A stretch of 64,000 nucleotides of DNA from Alphaproteobacteria bacterium (GCA_965243135.1 OZ251539.1:2496001-2560000); one strand, 5' to 3'; counted from the first letter of the stretch, positions 20,347 through 31,350 are shown. Made by a program: numbers and translations. Notes: a model not told the origin generated them from the sequence alone.

Positions 20347-21219
20347 GTGAAGGCGCCGAAATTCAGGTACGCGAGGGCGGAGTCGGTAAGGCATGCCCTC
20401 GAGCTGCTTCAGGCCCATGGGGAGGACGCGCGGATTCTCGCGGGCGGCCAGAGCCTTATGCCGACTCTCAACATGCGCCTGTCGCAGCCGGAGATTCTAA
20501 TCGACATCAACCGTCTCGAAGAGCTGCGCGGCATCCGCGACGACGACAGCGCGATACGCATCGGCGCCCTCGCGCGGCACGTCGAAGTGCTGAACTCGGA
20601 CATCGTCGGGAAGCGTCTGCCGCTGATCGCCGAAGCGATGCCGCACGTCGCCCATGCGGCGGTCCGCAATCGCGGGACGTTCGGCGGCAGCGTGGCGCTC
20701 GCCGACCCCGCGGCCGAACTGCCGGCCTGCGTCCTCGCGCTCGGCGCGACCATCGTCCTGGAAAGCGTCGACGGCAAGCGGGAGGTCGCGGCGGAAGACT
20801 ACTTCAAAGGCCTTTACGAAACCGCGCGGCGCGACGACGAACTCCTCGTCGAAATCCGCGTTCCTCCGCAAAAATCCGAAAACGCGTCGGTTTTCCTGGA
20901 ACTCGCGCGCCGCCGCGGCGATTTCGCGATCGCCGGCGTCGCCGCCTGCGGAAAGGTGTCGAAAGGAACGATAGAAGACATGCGCCTGGTTTATTTCGCG
21001 AGCGAGGACAAACCGACGGTCGGAACGGCGGCCGCCGCCGCCCTGCGAGGCCGGCCCTGGTCGAACGAGACGCGCGAGGCCGCGACCGCGGCGCTGGAGG
21101 ACGATCTCGACCCGATGGCGAACCTGCACGGCAGCGCAGCGATGAAGATGCATCTCCAGAAGGTGCTGACCGGCCGCGCGATGGACGCGGCCGTCGCGCG
21201 CGCGGAAGCGTCGTCATGA
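20347..21219 (+). CDS. Xanthine dehydrogenase family FAD-binding subunit (CoxM-like)
   Basis: AGGQSLMP, IRIGALARH, RNRGTFGGS, ADPAAELP, RRGDFAI. Confidence 0.92.
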   Translation: MKAPKFRYARAESVRHALELLQAHGEDARILAGGQSLMPTLNMRLSQPEILIDINRLEELRGIRDDDSAIRIGALARHVEVLNSDIVGKRLPLIAEAMPHVAHAAVRNRGTFGGSVALADPAAELPACVLALGATIVLESVDGKREVAAEDYFKGLYETARRDDELLVEIRVPPQKSENASVFLELARRRGDFAIAGVAACGKVSKGTIEDMRLVYFASEDKPTVGTAAAAALRGRPWSNETREAATAALEDDLDPMANLHGSAAMKMHLQKVLTGRAMDAAVARAEASS

Positions 21220-21704
21220 ACGAGGAAACCCTTGCGGTCTCCATGACCGTCAACGGCGAACGAATCGCCCGGTCGATTCCCGTCAGGCAGCATCTGGTCG
21301 ATTTCGTGCGCAACGAACTCGGTTTCACGGGATCCCATCTCGGCTGCGAGCACGGGGTCTGCGGCGCGTGCTCGGTGCGGGTCGACGGCGCCGTCGTGCG
21401 CGGCTGCCTCGTTCTCGCGGTGCAGTGCGAGGGAGCCGACGTCGTCACCATCGAAGGCCTTTCGGATTCTGGCGAGATTAGCGATCTGCAGGAAACCTTC
21501 GTCGAGCGCAACGCGCTTCAGTGCGGATACTGCACGCCCGGAATGCTGATGACCGCGGCCGAACTTCTCGCCGAACGCCGGCCGCGAAGCCGCGAGGAAA
21601 TTCGCGAATTCATGTCCGGCAACTACTGCCGCTGCACCGGCTACCACGCCATCGTCGACGCGATCGAAACCGTCAACGACGCTCGGCTCGGGACCGAGCG
21701 ATGA
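21216..21704 (+). CDS. (2Fe-2S)-binding subunit (CoxS-like)
   Basis: GCEHGVCGAC, QCGYCTPG, NYCRCTGY. Confidence 0.93.
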   Translation: MNEETLAVSMTVNGERIARSIPVRQHLVDFVRNELGFTGSHLGCEHGVCGACSVRVDGAVVRGCLVLAVQCEGADVVTIEGLSDSGEISDLQETFVERNALQCGYCTPGMLMTAAELLAERRPRSREEIREFMSGNYCRCTGYHAIVDAIETVNDARLGTER

Positions 21705-24076
21705 TCCATCCCTACGAGCGCCCGAACTCGTACATCGGACGTACCCTTCCGCGTTCCCGCGCCCGGCGCGCCGTCGCCGGCCGCGCGCGGTACAGCGACG
21801 ACATCGCTCCGCCGCGCGCCCTGCACGCGGCTTTCGTCCGCAGCCCCCATGCGCATGCCGCGATCTCCGGGATACGGGCCGCCGACGCGAAGGGAGCGCC
21901 GGGCGTGAGGCTCGTCATGACGGGCGCGGAACTCGCCGAAATGTGCGCCGGCCCCTGGATCGGAACGTTGACCGTGTTCGAGGGCATGAAGGCGGCGCCG
22001 CAGTATCCGATGGCGGTGGAACGCGCTTGCTGGCACGGAGAGCCGGTCGCGATGGTCGTTGCGGACAGCCGCGCCGAAGCCGAAGACGCCTGCGAACTTG
22101 TCGAGGTGTCTTACGAGGAACTTCCCGTCGTCATAGAAAAGGAAAAAGCGCTCGATCCCGCTTCGCCCTTGATCCACGAAGCTCTCGGCACCAACCGGGC
22201 CTGGGGGAAGACGGTCGTTTCGGGGGACGTGGACGCGGCCTTCGCCGAAGCCGATCACGTGCTCGAAGACACCTTTTCGTTCGGCCGCCACACGGCGGTC
22301 AGCCTCGAGCCGCGCGTCCTTCTCGCCGATTTCGACCCGGGCACCGGCCGGCTCGAGATCCACACCTCGAGCCAGTGCCCGCACATGATCCAGACGGTCT
22401 TCGCGACGACGCTCGGCCTCGAGGAGCACGACGTGCGCGTCGTCGCCCCTGACGTGGGCGGTTCGTTCGGCCTGAAGATTCACACCTTCGGCGACGAAGT
22501 CGCGACGACCGCGGCGTCGATGAAGCTCGGCCGGCCCGTAAAATTCGTCGCGGATCGGCTGGAATCCTTCGTATCCGACATCCACGCGCGCGAAAACAGG
22601 GTTCGCGCCCGAATCGGCGTCATGAGCGACGGCACGCTCACGGCCGCCGAGATCGACGTGCTGTCCGGCGTCGGCGCGTATTCGCAGTACCCGAGAACGA
22701 GCGTCTTCGAGGCCAACCAGATCCTCAACGTCACCTTCGGCCCCTACGGACATCCGAACTACCGAGCCCGGGCGGCGGTCGCCTACCTCAACGCCGTGCC
22801 GACCTCGCAGTACCGGGCAGTGGGCCATCCGATCGGGATATCGGTCGGCGAAGCCATGATGGACAGGGCGGCCGAGGCGACCGGACTCGACCCGATCGAG
22901 ATCCGGCACCGAAACGTCATGGCGGACGATTCATACCCGAGAAAGATCGGGGCCGGCATCGTGATGAAGGATCTTTCTCACCAGGCCTGCCTCGAGAAGC
23001 TTCGCGCGATGATGGATTACGACGCTCTGCGTCGGGAACGGGACGCGCTTCGCCTGGAGGGCGTCTATCGCGGCATCGGCGTCGCCGGCTTCATAAAAGG
23101 CACCGCGCCGAGCCCGGTCGGGTATTACGGCGCGGGAGGCGCGCGGATCGCCGCGCAGGACGCGGCGACGGTCAAACTGGAGCCTTCCGGCGGGATATTG
23201 GTTCATCTCGGCGTCACCGATCAGGGCCAGGGCGTCGACACGGTGATGGAGCAGATCGCGGCCGCGGCCGTGGGCGTTCCCGTGGAGCGCGTCCGCGCCA
23301 TTTCGGGCGACACGGATGCGGTGCCTTACGGCGGCGGCACCTACGCGTCGCGCGCCACCGCCATCGGCGGAGAAGCCGCCTACCAGGCGGCCCTCGACTT
23401 GCGCCGGGAGATCCTCGAAATCGCGAGCCAGCTGCTCCAATCCGATCCGGAAGCGATCGATATCGTCGACGGCAACGTCGTGGATCCGGAAACCGGAACG
23501 GTGCGCCTGCCGCTCTCCGAAATCGGACGAATCGGCCATTTCCAGCTGGGCGAACTGCCGAACGACTTTCAACCGGTTCTTTCCCACACCCGGCGCTTCC
23601 GCCTGCAAGATCTGCCTTACATCTTCACCAACGGCTTTCACGGCGCCTATGTCGAAGTCGACGCCGATACCGGCTGGATCAGGCACCTCCGGCACTGGAT
23701 CGTCGAGGACTGCGGCCGCCTCATCAATCCGCAACTTGCGGACGAGCAGGTTCGCGGCGGCGCGGTTCAGGGGCTCGGCGGCGCGCTCTACGAACATTGC
23801 ATCTACGACGATAACGGCCAGCTGCAGAACGGAACCATGGCCGACTACGTCACGCCGATGGCGGGGGAAATGCCGGATATCGACGTCGCCCATGTCGAGA
23901 CGCCGACAAGCGAATCGGAACTCGGCGCCAAGGGCGCCGGAGAGTCCGGCACGGGGGCGGCTCCGGGCGTGGTGATGAACGCGGTCAACGACGCGATCGG
24001 TCCGCTTACCCGGCGGCGCGTCACGGAACAGCCGATGACGCCCGAGGTGGTGCTGAAAGCGCTGGGCAGAATCTGA
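21701..24076 (+). CDS. Xanthine dehydrogenase family molybdopterin-binding subunit
   Basis: RSPHAHA, GGSFGLK, QYRAVGHP, QGQG, QVRGGAVQG, KGAGESG; ATG at 21701. Confidence 0.92.
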   Translation: MIHPYERPNSYIGRTLPRSRARRAVAGRARYSDDIAPPRALHAAFVRSPHAHAAISGIRAADAKGAPGVRLVMTGAELAEMCAGPWIGTLTVFEGMKAAPQYPMAVERACWHGEPVAMVVADSRAEAEDACELVEVSYEELPVVIEKEKALDPASPLIHEALGTNRAWGKTVVSGDVDAAFAEADHVLEDTFSFGRHTAVSLEPRVLLADFDPGTGRLEIHTSSQCPHMIQTVFATTLGLEEHDVRVVAPDVGGSFGLKIHTFGDEVATTAASMKLGRPVKFVADRLESFVSDIHARENRVRARIGVMSDGTLTAAEIDVLSGVGAYSQYPRTSVFEANQILNVTFGPYGHPNYRARAAVAYLNAVPTSQYRAVGHPIGISVGEAMMDRAAEATGLDPIEIRHRNVMADDSYPRKIGAGIVMKDLSHQACLEKLRAMMDYDALRRERDALRLEGVYRGIGVAGFIKGTAPSPVGYYGAGGARIAAQDAATVKLEPSGGILVHLGVTDQGQGVDTVMEQIAAAAVGVPVERVRAISGDTDAVPYGGGTYASRATAIGGEAAYQAALDLRREILEIASQLLQSDPEAIDIVDGNVVDPETGTVRLPLSEIGRIGHFQLGELPNDFQPVLSHTRRFRLQDLPYIFTNGFHGAYVEVDADTGWIRHLRHWIVEDCGRLINPQLADEQVRGGAVQGLGGALYEHCIYDDNGQLQNGTMADYVTPMAGEMPDIDVAHVETPTSESELGAKGAGESGTGAAPGVVMNAVNDAIGPLTRRRVTEQPMTPEVVLKALGRI

Positions 24077-24370
24077 TCGCGGAGCGCCGGCTTCCGGGAA
24101 CCCGCGGCGCTCGTCCCGCGGTCGCGGCGGAGGCAGGACGGCCGGCGCCGGAAAACGCCAGGGGCGCCGCCGTCGTTTCGCAGGCGCGCGCGGAATTTCC
24201 GGCCGGCTTCAGCCTTCCTTTCGGCGCGAACGGCAGGCTCGACGAGGGGCGCTCCATGAAGGAAGCGCGGCTTCGCCGCCGACTCCCGGACGTCTCGGCG
24301 GATCCCCGTCCGGCCGCAGTTGCGGCTTCCTGCATGCGGCCGCCGTACGGGGGAATCTGCGAGGCAACGT

Positions 24371-25987
24371 TCACGCTCCAGGATCGTTGGCCCTTCGGCG
24401 CAGTTCGGAACGCCGGATCTTGCCGTTGACCGTTTTCGGCAGTTCGGCTTCGAAAGCGACGGCGCGCGGATACATGTACGGCGGCGCATGCCGCTTCACG
24501 TGGTCCTGCAGTTCGGTCGCGAGCGCATCGTCGCCGGCCGCGCCCGGAGCCGGCACGACATAGGCCTTGACGACCGCGCCGCGCCGTCCCGTCGGGTCCG
24601 GGGCCGGCACGCAGGCGCATTCGGCGACCGCCGCATGCTGCATCAGCACGCTTTCGACCTGCACCGGCGAAATGTTGTAACCCGCCGAGACGATCATCTC
24701 GTCGTGGCGGGCGACGTAACGGAAGTCGCCCCGGGCGTCGCGGACGACGACGTCCTGAAAGACGTTCCAGCCGTCTCTGACCGTTTTCGCCTGTTGGTCC
24801 GGCTTGTTCCAGTAGACGGTGCCGGTGGGCCCGCGGGCCGCCAACAGCCCCGGCGCGCCGTCCGGCACGGGTTCGAGCGTATCCGGATCGAGAACGGCAA
24901 CCTCGTATCCCGGCGCTTCGCGACCCAGCGTCGCGGCGCGCGGCGGACCGTCGAACCGCGTGGAGGTCAGGAAGCAGTGGAGCATCTCGGTCGTGCCGAT
25001 GAATTGCTCGAGCGGCAGGCCGGTCGCTTCCAGCCACGCTCGTTCCACCTCGCCGGCAAGCGGTTCTCCGCCGGTCATGGGGTGGCGGAGGCTCGAGAGG
25101 TCGGGCGCCGTGTCCCGTATCAGGGGCACCAGGGCGTTGTAGTACGACACCACGCCCGCAAAGATGGTGATCCGGCGGGCGGCGATCAGCTCGAGCGCCT
25201 TCTGCGGCGATTTGTCGGCTTCCAGAACCGCGGCGTGGCCGAGCCTGAGGGGGAAATACACGAACAGGCCGAAGCCGAGAGCGAAGGCGATCGACGGAGG
25301 TCCGCCCACGACGTCGTCGGGCCGGGGGGCCACCGACCCCCGCCAGTAACTGTCGGCGATCGCCAGCATATCGCTGTGGCAATGGCACGTGCCTTTCGGC
25401 TCCCCGGTGCTGCCGGAAGTGTAGAGCAACAGGCAGAGCGCTTCGGCGTCCGTGTCCGCGTAGACCGGTTCGACCGGACCTTTCGGCAGGCAGTCCGCGA
25501 AAGACCGGAAACGGCCCAGCGGATCGCGAGTCAGCGCGACGACTTCCGTTCGCGCGGCTCGGGCCACAGGCGCCGCCTCGTCGAGCAACTCGGCGGACGA
25601 AATCAGCAATCGCGCGTCGGCGTCGTCGGCGCGGTAAATCAAGTCTCCGGCGCGAAGCTGGATATAGGTGGGCATGGCAACCGCGCCGATCGCCTGGACG
25701 GCGAGAATCGAGGCCACGAGATCGAAACCGTCGGGAATGCGCAAAATCACGACGTCGCCCTCGACGATCCCCAACGCGCGAAGCGCCGCCGCGAAACGGT
25801 GCACTTCGCTCCGGACCTCGCCGAAGGATACGGTCCGCTGGTCTTGGTAGTAGGCGGGGCGTTCCGTCCAGCCTGCCGCGCGCGCTTCTTCGAGAACGGC
25901 CTCGACGGCGTTCAGACGCTCCGGGTAACCGAAAGCGACCAGTTCCGGCGCCGATTCCGGTGGACAGAGATCCGCGTATTTACGCAA
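24371..25987 (-). CDS. Aryl-CoA ligase (benzoate/2-aminobenzoate-CoA ligase-like)
   Basis: YTSGSTGEPKG, FALGFG, IGTTEMLHCF, GYNISP, PKTVNGKIRR. Confidence 0.85.
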   Translation of the reverse strand: MRKYADLCPPESAPELVAFGYPERLNAVEAVLEEARAAGWTERPAYYQDQRTVSFGEVRSEVHRFAAALRALGIVEGDVVILRIPDGFDLVASILAVQAIGAVAMPTYIQLRAGDLIYRADDADARLLISSAELLDEAAPVARAARTEVVALTRDPLGRFRSFADCLPKGPVEPVYADTDAEALCLLLYTSGSTGEPKGTCHCHSDMLAIADSYWRGSVAPRPDDVVGGPPSIAFALGFGLFVYFPLRLGHAAVLEADKSPQKALELIAARRITIFAGVVSYYNALVPLIRDTAPDLSSLRHPMTGGEPLAGEVERAWLEATGLPLEQFIGTTEMLHCFLTSTRFDGPPRAATLGREAPGYEVAVLDPDTLEPVPDGAPGLLAARGPTGTVYWNKPDQQAKTVRDGWNVFQDVVVRDARGDFRYVARHDEMIVSAGYNISPVQVESVLMQHAAVAECACVPAPDPTGRRGAVVKAYVVPAPGAAGDDALATELQDHVKRHAPPYMYPRAVAFEAELPKTVNGKIRRSELRRRANDPGA

Positions 25988-25996
25988 GGCGGCGCG

Positions 25997-27064
25997 TTAC
26001 CGGCGAAGAAGCGGCAAGACCCCTTCGGCGATGGCGCGCATCTGGCCGAACTGGTCGGGCGAACCGATTACGAACTGGAAGATGCGGACGCCGACGTCGA
26101 TATATTCCTGGAGGCGCGCGGCGATCCGTTCGGGAGGGCCTGCAACCGCCCAGCGGTCGACGACGTCGTCGCGGATGGGCGGTCCGTGGAAATCCTCAAG
26201 GTGCGAGCGCACGCCTTCCCAAGCGGCGCGGGGGTCGTCGCCAACGTTCATGAAGCAGTTCCAGGCGCGCGCGTAGGGCTTGCCCGGTTTGCGCTCCGCG
26301 GCAAGGTTTTTGATCGTCTTCCAGTTCTGCGCGTATTCTTCGGGAGTGACGTGAACCGTAATCCAGCCGTCGCCGTAATCCACGACCCGATCGAGATTGC
26401 CCGGCAACCATTTGCCCGCGTTCTTCGCCTTCCAGCCATGATGCACCGGCCCGCCCGGCTGGGTCGGAAAGTAGATGCCGGATCCGACGAGGACCGGCGG
26501 CATGGACGAGGGCCGCGCATAGCCCAGCGTAATCTCGTTGAAGCGAAAATACTCTCCTCTATAGGCGAACTTGTCCTCGCTCCAGAGGCGCCTCATGACC
26601 TCAAGGCATTCGTCGAATATCCGTCCTCGCCTGTTGTACAACGCGGCCGCGTCAAGGTCCGTATCGTGGCGAAGCGCCGCCAACCCTTCGAATTCGCGCT
26701 TTATCAAGGTCGGCGTGCCGGCGCCCATCCCGACCCCCATCACGGCGCGGCCTTCCGACAATTCGTAAAGGGTAGCCCATTGATTGGCCGTCGCGACCGG
26801 ATTCCGCACCTGAGGAGTGAGTATGCCGGTGCAGAGGCGCAACTTTCGGGTGCGTCCCGCAATGGCCGACAGCGTATTGATCGGACAATAGGCCGCGGTC
26901 GTCCGCCGGCCCATCATCGCGTCGTGCACCCAAACGGCGTCAAATCCCATGGCTTCCGCCTCGACCCCGGCTCGCACGAGATCCCGGAGATCGTAGGATT
27001 TGCCGGTGATTCCGGTCACGTTGTTGACGGAAACCCCGATTATGAACTCGTCGGCAAATTGCAT
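25997..27064 (-). CDS. LLM-class flavin-dependent oxidoreductase
   Basis: GFDAVWVHD, LRLCTGIL, LSEGRAVMGVGMG, YGDGW; ATG at 27064. Confidence 0.85.
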   Translation of the reverse strand: MQFADEFIIGVSVNNVTGITGKSYDLRDLVRAGVEAEAMGFDAVWVHDAMMGRRTTAAYCPINTLSAIAGRTRKLRLCTGILTPQVRNPVATANQWATLYELSEGRAVMGVGMGAGTPTLIKREFEGLAALRHDTDLDAAALYNRRGRIFDECLEVMRRLWSEDKFAYRGEYFRFNEITLGYARPSSMPPVLVGSGIYFPTQPGGPVHHGWKAKNAGKWLPGNLDRVVDYGDGWITVHVTPEEYAQNWKTIKNLAAERKPGKPYARAWNCFMNVGDDPRAAWEGVRSHLEDFHGPPIRDDVVDRWAVAGPPERIAARLQEYIDVGVRIFQFVIGSPDQFGQMRAIAEGVLPLLRR

Positions 27065-27400
27065 GGATGCCCCACCGGATGCGCCAAGCGAAGAAGGGAG
27101 TAACATCTGCGCCCGAGCGGCGCAACGACGGGTTCCGGCCATCGCTCAACGCCCGCAAAGCGGCAAGCTTGCCGTCGCAGGCGCGGCGAACGATGAGCCC
27201 AACGGTCGTCCGGCGGAACGAACCGCGGGCGAACAACTGCGCTTCGAACCGCGTCCCGTCGCAGTCGGAACGACGAACGTCGATGACGGACGACTCGCGG
27301 AACGCGGACGAAGCGAAAATCTTCGCCGGATCGAGCTTGACAACGCCAACCGATTCTCCGACCCTGCAGCGCTGTGGGCTGCACAGGATGGATCTCCAAT

Positions 27401-28063
27401 ATGTATAGTATCCTGACTAGGCCTGTCCTCCGTCAAAGCGCCCCGCGGCTTCGCCTAGCGTTCGCCGCGTGTCTCGCGGCCCTCGCCACCGGTTGCGCGG
27501 CGCCGGTCCCGACGGGCCAGAGCGACATCTGCTCGGTCTTCGAACAGTTTCCGGACTGGTATGACTATGCGCGCGCCTCCGAGTCGCGCTGGGGCACGCC
27601 GATCCACATTCAGATGGCCTTCGTCCGCCACGAATCGAGCTATCGCAGCCACGCCCGGCCGCCGCGGAAATGGTTCCTCTCCATCATTCCTCTCGGCCGC
27701 CCGTCTTCGGCCAAGGGCTATGCGCAAGCCCAGGATCCCGTCTGGCGCGAGTACGAGAGAGAGCGCGGCAGCCTGTTTCGAAGCCGGTCGGACATGGAAG
27801 ACGCGCTCGACTTCATCGGCTGGTACAACTACAAGACTTGGCGCGCTCTGAAGATCCCGCGAAACGACGCGCACCGGCTTTACCTTGCCTATCACGAGGG
27901 ACGCGGCGGATACCGGCGCGGCAGCTGGAAGAAGAAGCCCGGAGTCCAGCGAACGGCGAATAAGGTCGTCGCAACGGCGCGGCGGTACAAGTCGCAACTC
28001 GAACAGTGCGAGAAGAGGTTCCGGTGCGATTCCTGGTATCAGGTTTGGCCGCTCTGCCGTTGA
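27401..28063 (+). CDS. Transglycosylase SLT-like lipoprotein
   Basis: LATGC lipobox, RHESSY, SSAKGYAQA, DFIGWY, YLAYHEG; start uncertain. Confidence 0.8.
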   Translation: MYSILTRPVLRQSAPRLRLAFAACLAALATGCAAPVPTGQSDICSVFEQFPDWYDYARASESRWGTPIHIQMAFVRHESSYRSHARPPRKWFLSIIPLGRPSSAKGYAQAQDPVWREYERERGSLFRSRSDMEDALDFIGWYNYKTWRALKIPRNDAHRLYLAYHEGRGGYRRGSWKKKPGVQRTANKVVATARRYKSQLEQCEKRFRCDSWYQVWPLCR

Positions 28064-28157
28064 TCTCCTGACGGGCTCGCGCCCTGCGGCGCTCTCCCGC
28101 CTCCGGAAGAAAGGGAGTCGCGCTGTCCGACGGCGGCTCCGCCGCCGTTGTCCGCGG

Positions 28158-30524
28158 TCATTTGCCGCTAGGCAGCTTTCCCAACGCCTCCAATACGCTT
28201 TCGGGCGCAAAAGGCTGGCGCGTCACCTGTGCGCCGAGCGGTCTGAGAGCGTCGTTCACCGCGCACCACAAGGCGGCGATCGCGCCGATCGTGCCGGATT
28301 CTCCGATGCCGTTGGCCCCGAGTTCGGTCTGCCCGACAGGCGTCTCGACATGGGCGATTTTTATATCGGGCATTTCCCCCGCCATCGGCAGAAGGTAATC
28401 GGCCAGAGTTCCGTTCCGGATCTGGCCGGTCTCGTCGTAGATCAGATGCTCGTAAAGCGCGTTGCCGATGCCCTGGACGATTCCGCCGCGAAGCTGTTCG
28501 TCCACCAACAAGGGGTTGACGACTCGCCCGCAGTCGTCGGCGACCCACCATCCGAGCAGCCTGACGAAGCCGGTATCCTGGTCGACTTCCACGTGCGCGC
28601 CCTGCACCCCGTTGGCGACGTAATAGGGCGTCTCCGATGCGTGATGACGGGTCACCATCAGTTCCGGCTGGACGCCGGGAGCGAGCAAGTCCTGCCGGAA
28701 ATAGCCGATCGCGGCAAGTTCGGACAGGCCCATCCGCGCTCGTCCGGTCGCCGCGTCGCGGATCTCCCCGCCTTCGATCGCCAGGGCCTCGGGCGTGGTC
28801 TGGAGGATCGACGAGGCGAGTTCGAGGATGTTGGCGCGCAGCGCCTTGCCCGCCTGAAGAGCCGCCTCGCCGCCCATCGCCATGCCCCGCGACGCCCATG
28901 CGCCGCCGCCGTACGGAGTGACGGCGCTGTCGCCGGCGATGACGTCGATTTGGTCCATGCCCACGCCGACCTGTTCGGCGACGATCTGCGCTATCCCGGC
29001 GAGCGTGCCCTGTCCCTGGTCCGTAACGCTGGTCAGGCAGCGAACCGCGCCCGAAGGCTCGAGCTTGACGGTGCATCCGTCCTGGGTGGAAACCCTCGCG
29101 CCGGAAGGGCCGTAATACGACGCTCCGAAGGCCGCCGCCTCGACGAAGGCGGCGACGCCGAGGCCGCGCCGGACGCCCGCTTTCCGCAACCCGGCCTGTT
29201 CCGCGCGCAGCCCTTCGTAGTCCATGAGTTCGACGCAGGCGTCGAGGCACTGGCGCAGCGACAGGCGAGCCGCCTGGTAGCCGCCGACCGTGGTCAGCGG
29301 ATAGTCCTCGTCGGCATGAAAGTTGCGGCGGCGGAACTCCACCGGGTCGACGTTCGCGCGGGCGGCGGCCTGGTCGACCAGAACCTCGGTGACGGCGCAG
29401 CCGACGGGAACGCCCACGCCGCGGAACATGCCGACGACGCCCTTGTTGACGTACGCGACGCGGGTGCGGGCGCGGTAGTTTTCGAAACTGTAGGGCGCGG
29501 CCGCGCAGGTGATCGCCATCATGCCTTCCGCCAGTCCGAACCGGATGTAGGCGGTGTACGGCCCCACGGAGAGCGCGTCGTCGAAATCCATCGCCACGAT
29601 GCGGCCAGCGGAATCGACGCCCATGCGCGCCGTCGCCACGTGATCCCTGGTCTGGCAGTCGGCGGCGAACGATTCGAGTCGGTCGGCGGCGTACTTGACC
29701 GCGCCGCCGATAAGCTTCGCTATGGCGGCGACGGCGAGCTCTTCGCCGTGAACGTTGATCTTGAGCCCGAAGCCTCCGCCGACGTCGGGAGTTATCACGC
29801 GCACCTTATGCTCGGGAATATCGAGATGGCGGGAATAGACGTCCTGCATCTGAAACGGCGACTGGTGCGACTGATGGACCGTCAGCCTCTCCTCGACCGG
29901 ATCCCACGCGGCGACGATCGCGCGGCCTTCCAGCGTCACCGCCGTGTGGCGGCCGAATTCGAACCGGTGTTCGACGACATGAGCGGCGCCGGCGAGAGCG
30001 GCCTCCGCGTCGCCATTGTCGATTTCGTGCCTGAAACACTGGTTGTCGCCCAACTCGGGATGGATGACCGGGCCGCCCGGAGCGAGAGCGGCCTCGGTGT
30101 CGGTCACGGCCGGAAGCTCTCGCCACGTCACGCTCACCAGTTCCGCCGCGTCCTCGGCCTCGGCGCGGGTGGCGGCGACCACGGCGGCGACGGGTTCGCC
30201 CTGGTAGCACGCCCGTTCGACCGCCAACGCGTGCTGAACCGCGGACTTGTGGCCGGGACGGTGCGCCGCCACGGAATGCATCGGCTTGCAGGCCCGGGAG
30301 ATTTCGGCGCCCGTGAAGACGCGCGCCACGCCCGGCGCCGCGGACGCTTCCGCGCAATCGATCTTCTCGATCGCGGCGTGGCCATGCGGACTGCGCGCGA
30401 AAGCGACGTGAAGCATCCGCGGCATCCGGATATCGTCCGTGTAGCGTCCGGCGCCGTGAATGAGGCGTCTGACTTCAGGGCGCGGCACCCGTTTGCCGAT
30501 CAACGAACCCGCTTCGGAGGTCAC
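28158..30524 (-). CDS. Xanthine dehydrogenase family molybdopterin-binding subunit
   Basis: RSPHGHA, GGGFGLK, MFRGVG, QGQG, QLRGGIVQG, GIGESG; GTG at 30524. Confidence 0.9.
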   Translation of the reverse strand: MTSEAGSLIGKRVPRPEVRRLIHGAGRYTDDIRMPRMLHVAFARSPHGHAAIEKIDCAEASAAPGVARVFTGAEISRACKPMHSVAAHRPGHKSAVQHALAVERACYQGEPVAAVVAATRAEAEDAAELVSVTWRELPAVTDTEAALAPGGPVIHPELGDNQCFRHEIDNGDAEAALAGAAHVVEHRFEFGRHTAVTLEGRAIVAAWDPVEERLTVHQSHQSPFQMQDVYSRHLDIPEHKVRVITPDVGGGFGLKINVHGEELAVAAIAKLIGGAVKYAADRLESFAADCQTRDHVATARMGVDSAGRIVAMDFDDALSVGPYTAYIRFGLAEGMMAITCAAAPYSFENYRARTRVAYVNKGVVGMFRGVGVPVGCAVTEVLVDQAAARANVDPVEFRRRNFHADEDYPLTTVGGYQAARLSLRQCLDACVELMDYEGLRAEQAGLRKAGVRRGLGVAAFVEAAAFGASYYGPSGARVSTQDGCTVKLEPSGAVRCLTSVTDQGQGTLAGIAQIVAEQVGVGMDQIDVIAGDSAVTPYGGGAWASRGMAMGGEAALQAGKALRANILELASSILQTTPEALAIEGGEIRDAATGRARMGLSELAAIGYFRQDLLAPGVQPELMVTRHHASETPYYVANGVQGAHVEVDQDTGFVRLLGWWVADDCGRVVNPLLVDEQLRGGIVQGIGNALYEHLIYDETGQIRNGTLADYLLPMAGEMPDIKIAHVETPVGQTELGANGIGESGTIGAIAALWCAVNDALRPLGAQVTRQPFAPESVLEALGKLPSGK

Positions 30525-31012
30525 GGCGCCGACCTCGCCCTGGCGACGCTTTCGATCGCGTCGACGATCGCCTGATAGCCGGTGCATCGGCACAGGTTCC
30601 CGGAAATGTGCTCGCGGATCTCGGTCCGGTCAGGCACGCGGCGCGTCGCCAGCAATTCCGCCGCCGCGACCGCCATGCCGGGGGTGCAAAATCCGCACTG
30701 GGCGGCGTTTCTGATCTCGAATTCATGCAGGAGATCGGCGATCTCGCCCGATCGCGACAATCCCTCGATGGTTACGACCTCGGCGCCGTCGGCCTGCGCC
30801 GCGAGCATCAGGCAGCCGCGCACGGCCGCGCCGTCCACCCGAACCGTGCAGGCGCCGCACACGCCGTGCTCGCAGGCGAGGTGGGAACCGGTGAGATCGA
30901 GATCGAGACGCAGAAAATCCACGAGATGACGGCGTACGGGAGTCGACCGGGTGAAGGTCTCGCCGTTTACCTTGAGAGTGATGCGCACGGTTTCTTCAAC
31001 CATGGCAGCCAT
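30521..31012 (-). CDS. (2Fe-2S)-binding subunit (CoxS-like)
   Basis: CEHGVCGAC, QCGFCTPG, NLCRCTGY. Confidence 0.93.
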   Translation of the reverse strand: MAAMVEETVRITLKVNGETFTRSTPVRRHLVDFLRLDLDLTGSHLACEHGVCGACTVRVDGAAVRGCLMLAAQADGAEVVTIEGLSRSGEIADLLHEFEIRNAAQCGFCTPGMAVAAAELLATRRVPDRTEIREHISGNLCRCTGYQAIVDAIESVARARSAP

Positions 31013-31350
31013 TCTCGCATCGCCAGCGCGTCAAGAAAAGCGCATTCCGGCGCCGACTTCTCGCTCCCTGTCGACTTCGTGGTCCACCCCCGCCGCTCGA
31101 GAATCTGCAGTCGGGTTCGGAGGCAGGCCATGCGACGAACTTCCGCCGTCGTTCTGCAGGCGAGGGTTTCCGATCGTCGACGAGCCGCGCCCGCGGGAGC
31201 GTTTTCGCGGACCGGCCGCCGCGACGCCGTTCGAGTCGTCGAAAGGGTCTCGGCAAGAGCGCCGCCTTCGAACTTCGGGTATCCTCTCGCGACGGAAACG
31301 CATCGACCGATTCGTGAATTCATCAGCAAGAATTCGGACAGGAGCGAACC

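Noticed and set aside
20347-24076. Aerobic CO dehydrogenase (coxMSL form I)
   Set aside because: Lacks the AYRCSFR loop and accessory coxDEFG genes.
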